Shown piece by piece: positions 58,138 to 64,000 of a DNA stretch of 64,000 bases. The position numbers were made by a program, and so were the translations under genes. This stretch comes from Minisyncoccota bacterium (lineage in GTDB: Bacteria > Patescibacteriota > Minisyncoccia > Phycocordibacterales > JABMNX01). A model generated the notes under the pieces. That model did not search any database. It was not told the DNA's origin and was given only the letters and a program-made list of their open reading frames with translations. The stretch is from contig JBBDOU010000013.1 of assembly GCA_040876885.1 (NCBI GenBank), positions 6,033 through 70,032 of the forward strand, read 5' to 3'. The number at the start of each line of letters is the position of its first letter. Within the stretch, counting starts at the first letter, position 1.

Positions 58138-58300
58138 AATTTAGTCGTTTATTGTCCTCGGCGTGGAACTTTGCAAGCAACGAAAAAAGGCCCGTGAGGG
58201 TGTCTTTCACCTCGCAGGCTTCCGCGTCGGAAAGAACGATACCGAAATCGTCTCGGTACGCTTCCTTAAATCCTTCGGTTGTTCCACTTTTTGAAGACAT
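58091..58300 (-). CDS. Small acidic hypothetical protein
   Basis: 69 aa ORF overlapping the SpoVG-like start by 47 nt in another frame. Weak support. Confidence 0.3.
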   Translation of the reverse strand: MSSKSGTTEGFKEAYRDDFGIVLSDAEACEVKDTLTGLFSLLAKFHAEDNKRLNYDDSRGDTAGSDQTA

Positions 58301-58443
58301 TTTCTTATAACTTTTTACTTATCGACCTTTGTCTTTGATCGTAGCGGTAACCTTGTGCACCCTTCACTTACCAGTTCAAAAAGAAAAAGCCCGGTTTTGG
58401 CCGGACTTTATTGGAGTGTGCTATGTGTTGTTAACAGGTGAGT

Positions 58444-59133
58444 CTAAACGGCTATACCCTTTTTGTTTAGTTTTATGTTTTTTACCTTGTATCCGTTCCC
58501 GTCCCTGCGGCTTTCGATAAAGGTGTCTTTAGAGACGCCGAACGCCTCCGCTAATTGTTCCCTAAGTTTGTAGATTTTGGAGTGGGCAGTTGTCGTCTTC
58601 CCTTCTTTTACGATGTTGCTGAGCCGGTAAGCGTCTACAAAACCCTTGTCCTCGAGCAAACACTCGAGAGCCTTGAAAGGAAAACTGTTCTTGCGCATTG
58701 AAATCTTTTTTCCGGGGTTATCTTTCTGGTAGAGTTTTCCGCTCGCAACCTCCAACACAAGCGCAACATCTCTCTGCGTATCATCCAACTCTTTTTCTTT
58801 GAGTTTCTTGTAGTCCGCAAAGCGGCCTCTGTCGCCGACGTGGACTATGTAGTGGGTTCTTTTTACAATCTCGTCTGGCATATGGGCTGTACCTTCGTAC
58901 GGTACGGTTCTTTCAACTGTTTCTTCTCTCGCAGTCATTTCATTGTCATCCGTCTGGATTTTCTGTATCGCCAAACGAACACCTTCCGGGTCCGACAAAA
59001 TGCCGTCGAACGTTTTTGCTTTCTCCAAAGTAAAAACTATTGTGTCCTCAGCAGGGAGTTTTTTCAGGTTTTTCTCCACCAGCCGGAGAATAGCATCCAA
59101 CCTTTTGAGTGATTTTTTGGTTGTTTTGTTCAT
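58444..59133 (-). CDS. Transcriptional regulator with C-terminal OmpR/PhoB-type winged helix (no receiver domain)
   Basis: C-terminal 'FPFKALECLLEDKGFVDAYRLSNIV...TTTAHSKIYKLREQLAEAFGVSKDTFIESRRDGNGYKV' matches the trans_reg_C pattern (HxxIxxLRxKL...IETVRGxGYR). Confidence 0.55.
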   Translation of the reverse strand: MNKTTKKSLKRLDAILRLVEKNLKKLPAEDTIVFTLEKAKTFDGILSDPEGVRLAIQKIQTDDNEMTAREETVERTVPYEGTAHMPDEIVKRTHYIVHVGDRGRFADYKKLKEKELDDTQRDVALVLEVASGKLYQKDNPGKKISMRKNSFPFKALECLLEDKGFVDAYRLSNIVKEGKTTTAHSKIYKLREQLAEAFGVSKDTFIESRRDGNGYKVKNIKLNKKGIAV

Positions 59134-59273
59134 ACGTTTTCGCTACGTCTTACCTCCATTCTACCAATTTTCGCCGCTTTATTGAATTGCGCCGCGTAAA
59201 GCGGTATTATGGAAGAACAACTGAATAGTCAGGTAAACCTAAACCGACCCGGCAACGGGCGGCATGGTTTCAA

Positions 59274-59320
59274 AACCGGTAAAGGACAAAAACCCCATCA
59301 TGGGAACACCTTTACCGGTC
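59274..59320. promoter_or_regulatory. 12-bp inverted repeat (AACCGGTAAAGG / CCTTTACCGGTC) in the divergent intergenic region, operator-like
   Basis: Arms at 59274-59285 and 59309-59320 with a 23-bp spacer. Lies between the divergently transcribed regulator (58444-59133, -) and membrane-protein gene (59433-60386, +). Confidence 0.4.
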
Positions 59321-59432
59321 CTGTCGGGAAACTGGCAGTGGGTAGCCGAGCTACCGCCCGTGGTGTGATTTTTGTGTGGCGAGTAGTCGGTGCCGCAAGT
59401 CCCGCCCGATTACAAGTTTGCAAAAACTCGCC

Positions 59433-60386
59433 ATGGAAAATCTTTTTTTACTTTTGTTTCTGGCTTCCGCCGCCGCACTTATCGTCGGCCTGATCAAGCC
59501 GAAACTTTTTGAAAACTTATTGAAGGAAAAAGCGACGCGCAAGGGAACGGCCGCAGTGTTCGGTATTGCCGCGGTCGTCTTTCTCGTTTTGTTCGGGGTG
59601 GCCGCGGACACGGACACATCTTCGAACGGAAACACGGACGACGGGACTGCTGTCGAAAACGTGCAGGCCGACGATCCTTCTCCTCCGGCACAACCTGTAG
59701 CGTATGAAATTGTCGAGACGGAAGACCAGAGTCGTAAGGCACTTGGAAACAAACGGCTTTCTGATTACACATCGGAAGAAATCGCGCTCCTCCCCGTTAA
59801 CAAAAAGATGCGCTACCGGGTCGTGGTGTCTCCTGACATCAAAGAAGCGCAGGTGCGACCAACGGTCGAGAAAATCATCTCCGACATAACATCTCGCGAC
59901 AACGACATCGACGAGATCAACTTGCTTCTTTACAGCGACAAGGAACTCGCTGACGGGGCGTTTGATGTTGCCATGGCAACGTGGGCAGTCGGAGGAGATC
60001 TGGGAAACGTAACGCCTGAGATCGCCGAGAACAACGACCGAAGTGGTTATGAAATCTCTCTCACGGTGAGGGATAACCTTGAGGAGTACCTGCGTGCACG
60101 TGGCGAATCCGAAGAACGCTTAGGTTTTTCCGAAGATGAAAGACGCCAGATTTTCAAAGAAATAGTCGCGGCCGAGGACAAGGCACGCGACGAAGCGGAA
60201 GCACTATACCCGATCGACATCTCTGATCCCGATTACAAACAGGAAAATCTCGAGAAGAACTTCTCGAAGGAACAAGAGCTTGCTGATGAGTACGAGGCAC
60301 AAGTGAGAGTGAAGTACGGGATTACAAAGGAAATCCAAAACGCAATTTCAACCGAGGCCCACCAAGAAAACTGGCCGTTCGAGTAA
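59433..60386 (+). CDS. Membrane-anchored acidic hypothetical protein
   Basis: Start at the internal Met (MENLFLLLFLASAAALIVGLI). Second TM segment, then a long D/E-rich soluble domain. Confidence 0.5.
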   Translation: MENLFLLLFLASAAALIVGLIKPKLFENLLKEKATRKGTAAVFGIAAVVFLVLFGVAADTDTSSNGNTDDGTAVENVQADDPSPPAQPVAYEIVETEDQSRKALGNKRLSDYTSEEIALLPVNKKMRYRVVVSPDIKEAQVRPTVEKIISDITSRDNDIDEINLLLYSDKELADGAFDVAMATWAVGGDLGNVTPEIAENNDRSGYEISLTVRDNLEEYLRARGESEERLGFSEDERRQIFKEIVAAEDKARDEAEALYPIDISDPDYKQENLEKNFSKEQELADEYEAQVRVKYGITKEIQNAISTEAHQENWPFE

Positions 60387-60479
60387 AAACAAAAACTCGC
60401 ATGTCGTTTTGAAAACGTCCCGCAACAGCGGGGCTTTTTCTATACAAAAGGCCGGAAAAGTAGTATGGTTTGGTTATAA

Positions 60480-61370
60480 ATGCCCAGAAGGAAGACAAAA
60501 AACACAACAGGCATACGCGGAACGGGAACCGTCGACGCGACGGTTGTTTACCGTGTGCTCCAATGTAGTAACCCGGAATGTGAAGGGTTCCTACAAATCT
60601 CTGAAGATGACATTGAGGAAGGTGACGTTGATGAGCTGTCAAAATGTCCGGCGTGCGGTACCGTCAACACGCCTTTCGTTTTGGAGAGTCCACGTTGGAA
60701 GTATTGTCGGGTGTGTGAACGTCTGCAACCTTTAGAAAGTTTCCATAAGCACAAAGTCACTGGTAAATCGTTTCGCTCCGGCCGCCAGCTTGAATGTGCC
60801 GACTGCAAAAACAGCAAGATTAATCCTGTGTTGAATCCGCTACGAACAGCGGATCAACACCGGGAGTCTTCGGAAGGCCGACGGCTTTATGGTTTCTTGT
60901 CGGGTGAGAGCAAAAAGAAAATTGATAGCAAAGAGATCCACAAACGGTTTGAAGGTAAATGCTTCAACTGCGAGAGAGAGCTTGAGTATGAGGCAAAAGG
61001 ACCAAAAGAAATGCACCTTGATCACACCTTCCCCGCAAAATTGCTCTGGCCGCTTCATTTTGGCCCCACACTGCTTTGTCGTGAGTGTAATGGTAGGAAG
61101 CATGAAGTTTGGCCTGCGGACTTCTACACGGCCGAACAGCTGAAAAAGCTCTCCGTATTGACGGGGATCCCGCATGAACTGCTTGCCGGGAAGCCCCATG
61201 TAAATCCGAAAGCCGTACAGTGGCTTGTAAAAAACATCGACGAGATACTGGTGCGGTGGATTAGGTACCCGAACGAAGTTAAGCGCATTCGCCGCATGGT
61301 TCAGGATTTGGAGGGCGTCGACATCTTTGCAAACGCAACAACGGTCCCTAGGTTCTTGAAAGAAGATTAA
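60480..61370 (+). CDS. HNH endonuclease with N-terminal multi-CxxC zinc-ribbon region (candidate restriction endonuclease)
   Basis: 'CFNCERELEYEAKGPKEMHLDHTFPAKLLWPLHFGPTLLCRECNGRKHE' HNH core (H-x-DH ... N ... H with flanking CxxC pairs). N-terminal 'CSNPEC...CPACG...CRVCE...CADC'. Confidence 0.7.
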   Translation: MPRRKTKNTTGIRGTGTVDATVVYRVLQCSNPECEGFLQISEDDIEEGDVDELSKCPACGTVNTPFVLESPRWKYCRVCERLQPLESFHKHKVTGKSFRSGRQLECADCKNSKINPVLNPLRTADQHRESSEGRRLYGFLSGESKKKIDSKEIHKRFEGKCFNCERELEYEAKGPKEMHLDHTFPAKLLWPLHFGPTLLCRECNGRKHEVWPADFYTAEQLKKLSVLTGIPHELLAGKPHVNPKAVQWLVKNIDEILVRWIRYPNEVKRIRRMVQDLEGVDIFANATTVPRFLKED

Positions 61371-63949
61371 GAGAGAAGAAGGAATTGGTGTTTGACTACC
61401 GTTCCCTGATCTCTTACTCCGAAGGACTCTCGGCCTTCAACACTTTCTTCAAAAACATCTGCCGTTGTAAACCACGGCTTTGCAATGTCCGCGAGTTTTT
61501 CTGCCATGTCGCATTTACTGCTTTTTCCTAAATGGAAAACAAGAATGCCGTCGGGTTTGAGTCTTTCTCTAGCTTGACGAAGGATGGGCTCGTACACATC
61601 AAATCCGACCTTTTGTTTCTCATCGATGAATCCCAGCGGTTTATTGCTGAAGTCCTGATTATCCCACCCGCTAAACCAGAGACGAAGCCAGTTTGCTAAA
61701 TAGAAACGCGTACTGTCAAAAAAGGGTGGTGATGTAATAATCGCATCCAAGTCTTTTACATGCTTCGGCCACCACGATGTTGCGTCTTGGTAAAGAACCT
61801 CTCCGGGGAGAAATGACTCAGGAACTTCTGTACGCAAACTGCGTTCCACTTTTTCCTTGAGTCGTGGTATGAGCGCTCTGTACTCATACTCTCCCGTAGG
61901 AGCAAACGGAGTTATGCCGTGGGACCTCCTACTCAAAGCATACGGCCTATTGCCATGTAAGATGTGTAGAAGGCTTGAAACCACAAGGCTTTCTGACGAA
62001 GTAAACTCTGGAAGCTCTTTGAAAAACTGACGAGCCTTTACGATCTCCTCTAGTGTTTTGGGGTCGTAATACTCTACCAGTTTTTTATTGAACCCGAACT
62101 GCTTTGCTTCCTGTAATGCATTACGGTCAACTTTCTCTTTGTTAATAAATTGATCCAAATCCTGAATTGTTTTTTGGATCCGTGTTTTATCAACTTTGCC
62201 GATCTTTGCACGCGCAATATGAATAGCCGCCGGGCTTATATCGAAACTGTAAGAAGCTCTGCCATTTAGTGCTGCCTCAAAAGGAATTGTTCCCACACCA
62301 GCAAATGGGTCGAGTACTTTCTGTCCGGGCTTTGTAAATGTTTTAACAAGGTAATAAGCAAGGGAGGGTTTCAATTTTCCTTGATAGGAGCAAAGTGAAT
62401 GTAGAGGGTGGCCCCAGTTCCGCTTTGAAAATGGGTGCGTTGTGTGTGGAAGTGTGTTTTTAAAGGTCCCCCATGCGTCTTTCCAGTCGGGCTTTTGAGC
62501 GCTATCTTCATTGGAGCTTTTCTCTGGTCCCTCGAAGATCAAAAGAACCTGTTTTAGTACCTCTCCACTTCGGGACATGCGTTTACGGAGAGTAACTCTA
62601 TCTTTTTCCTTGTATCCAAGATTTTTCAAAACCTCAGCAAGTAATTCATCTGTTGGCACTTTAACGCCAGCGTAAACTGAATCGCCAATGTCTACGGCGA
62701 CAAGAGCCTTCGGTGCTAAGTGGCTAAGAAGGTCATCAAAAATTGCACGCATGTCGCTGAAGTAATCCGCAACCATCTTAGGGATGCGGGGATCGTACGC
62801 ATTTTTTTCTAGCTTCTTTACTACATCCTCAACATTTTTTGAAACAAAGGTAAGGGGTTTTCTTTTGGTGACGTCGTTTATTCCAGCTGTAACTGCCTCG
62901 TACCTAAACTCAGCAAGATCACCTTTTGTCTTGATGCCCCTCAAAAACCACAGCTCCACCTTTGTGTTGCGAAAATAGTTTGTTCCGTTGAGATATGGTG
63001 GACTCGTAATCACTGCATCAATTTTTGAACTCGGTAATTTCGATAAACCTTGAGCTCCTTCCGTCAAAAGAATGGGGCGAGAAGGCAAACTCTCAAGGTT
63101 CTCGATGTCTTCTATGATGTTAGACAGGTTCTGTTCCACCTTTTCTATAAACTCCACTTTCTTAGTAAGCTCTTTTTTTGTTTTGTATCTTACGTCTCCG
63201 GCCCTCTGAAGAAGCGATGCGGGGATGAGTGCGTTCACAATAGCAACCTGAAGAAGATCGGCTGTCAGTTGGTGCGTGTAAGAAATCTCGTCAATTAATG
63301 TTCGTGCTCGTAACACAAGATCGAACGTTTTATCATCAAAAAACTCACTACCATTAAAGGCGTTCTTGTAATTTTGTAGCAAGGAAGCGTCTGGCTGTGC
63401 TTTGTTGATCAGCTCTGAAAGCCCTCCCTGCATTGAGTAGAGATTTTTAAGTACTGCCGCTCGCTTTTTCTCTGGGAGTAACGAAACATCTATCTTTGTT
63501 TTAACTAGCGCCTGCAGGAGAGGGTTAACCTCTGAGTAGAGTGCTCGTAGCCCTCTCTGGGCTGCGACGAGAGCCGTTACACCGGTTCCGGCAAACGGAT
63601 CATAAACGGTGCTCGCCTTCGGCGCATAATTATCAAGAATGTGTTCAACAAACTCGGGAGAGTAACCTTCGAGATACGAGTACCACTTGTGCAGGGGGTT
63701 ATCACGCCCGCCCTTAAAGGTGACGTGAACCGGGTCTATCTTCGTGCCACCTTTTGTGCTTGCCCCATTCGTCACTGCCTTCTTGAGCTCTGTAATGCAG
63801 TACGAATTGAGGGAAATGTTCTCTTGTTGTGCCTTTTTCTCAAGATCTTTGTATGAGTGGACATGCAGGAGCTCGCGTACTTCGTGGCTGCTTAGGGGAG
63901 CAATTGCACCATGAACGTCCTCATCGTTTTTACCAAAAGCTAATACCAA
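61367..63949 (-). CDS. Tandem-domain DNA amino-methyltransferase (two N6-adenine/N4-cytosine MTase modules fused)
   Basis: Module 1 'DPFAGTGVTALVAAQ' (motif I) then 'ITSPPYLNGTNYF' (motif IV). Module 2 'LDPFAGVGTIPFEAA' then 'IITSPPFFDSTRFY'. 860 aa. Convergent and stop-overlapping with the HNH gene. Confidence 0.8.
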   Translation of the reverse strand: MVLAFGKNDEDVHGAIAPLSSHEVRELLHVHSYKDLEKKAQQENISLNSYCITELKKAVTNGASTKGGTKIDPVHVTFKGGRDNPLHKWYSYLEGYSPEFVEHILDNYAPKASTVYDPFAGTGVTALVAAQRGLRALYSEVNPLLQALVKTKIDVSLLPEKKRAAVLKNLYSMQGGLSELINKAQPDASLLQNYKNAFNGSEFFDDKTFDLVLRARTLIDEISYTHQLTADLLQVAIVNALIPASLLQRAGDVRYKTKKELTKKVEFIEKVEQNLSNIIEDIENLESLPSRPILLTEGAQGLSKLPSSKIDAVITSPPYLNGTNYFRNTKVELWFLRGIKTKGDLAEFRYEAVTAGINDVTKRKPLTFVSKNVEDVVKKLEKNAYDPRIPKMVADYFSDMRAIFDDLLSHLAPKALVAVDIGDSVYAGVKVPTDELLAEVLKNLGYKEKDRVTLRKRMSRSGEVLKQVLLIFEGPEKSSNEDSAQKPDWKDAWGTFKNTLPHTTHPFSKRNWGHPLHSLCSYQGKLKPSLAYYLVKTFTKPGQKVLDPFAGVGTIPFEAALNGRASYSFDISPAAIHIARAKIGKVDKTRIQKTIQDLDQFINKEKVDRNALQEAKQFGFNKKLVEYYDPKTLEEIVKARQFFKELPEFTSSESLVVSSLLHILHGNRPYALSRRSHGITPFAPTGEYEYRALIPRLKEKVERSLRTEVPESFLPGEVLYQDATSWWPKHVKDLDAIITSPPFFDSTRFYLANWLRLWFSGWDNQDFSNKPLGFIDEKQKVGFDVYEPILRQARERLKPDGILVFHLGKSSKCDMAEKLADIAKPWFTTADVFEESVEGRESFGVRDQGTVVKHQFLLLS

Positions 63950-64000
63950 ACCCCGAGCATTAGGGTTTTCTATTTTGTAGTCCGGGAAGTAAATTGCTTT

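Larger units (their letters stand above)
54805..64000. mobile_element. Putative integrated genomic island at the tmRNA 3' end (right boundary not in window)
   Basis: The large serine recombinase gene overlaps the tmRNA 3' end. Visibly higher GC (~50%) from ~54.9 kb to ~61.4 kb. Cargo is phage/RM-like. No attR copy of the tmRNA 3' end was found inside the window. Confidence 0.6.

Overview
This 64 kb window is AT-rich and gene-dense, and its content resembles a small-genome, Candidate-Phyla-Radiation-like bacterium (streamlined housekeeping genes, a large type IV pilus/competence locus, several tRNA clusters). Core genes found:
- **RNA metabolism and translation:** RNase J, a DEAD-box helicase, TypA/BipA, an ABC-F ATPase, release factor 2 (no programmed frameshift), GatCA, SmpB with tmRNA, 10 tRNAs.
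- **DNA repair and replication:** two EndoIII-family glycosylases, NAD-dependent ligase LigA, RecG, a PIF1/RecD-like helicase.
- **Cell division, proteolysis and nucleotide synthesis:** CTP synthase, FtsEX, FtsH.
- **Type IV pilus / competence:** a ~15 kb minus-strand supra-operon (pilM-N-O, pilB, a CheY-like receiver, pilT, pilC, major pilin, prepilin peptidase, four minor pilins) next to divergent comFC.

Structures that deserve a second look:
1. A tmRNA (ssrA) gene whose 3' end overlaps the stop of a large serine recombinase. This opens a GC-richer island of at least 9 kb carrying a putative recombination directionality factor, paralogous small CxxC proteins, a SpoVG-like protein, a winged-helix regulator, and an HNH endonuclease convergent with a tandem-domain amino-methyltransferase (an RM system).
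2. A tRNA-Ser-proximal two-gene operon with a DUF4238-like protein (IPxxxLKxF and TSDxP motifs), a candidate anti-phage module.
3. A recurrent pattern at four tRNA genes (Gln, initiator-like Met, Ser, Ile-UAU): 18-22 bp direct duplications of a tRNA end sit 150-360 bp away. At tRNA-Ile(UAU) this includes two copies of a ~92 bp hairpin element, each ending in the tRNA 3' end.
4. A seven-tRNA cluster with inverted near-identical tRNA-Thr(CGT) copies flanking a free-standing double-motif LAGLIDADG homing-endonuclease gene interrupted by one in-frame TAA.

All calls are from reading the sequence and motif recognition only. No database searches were run.
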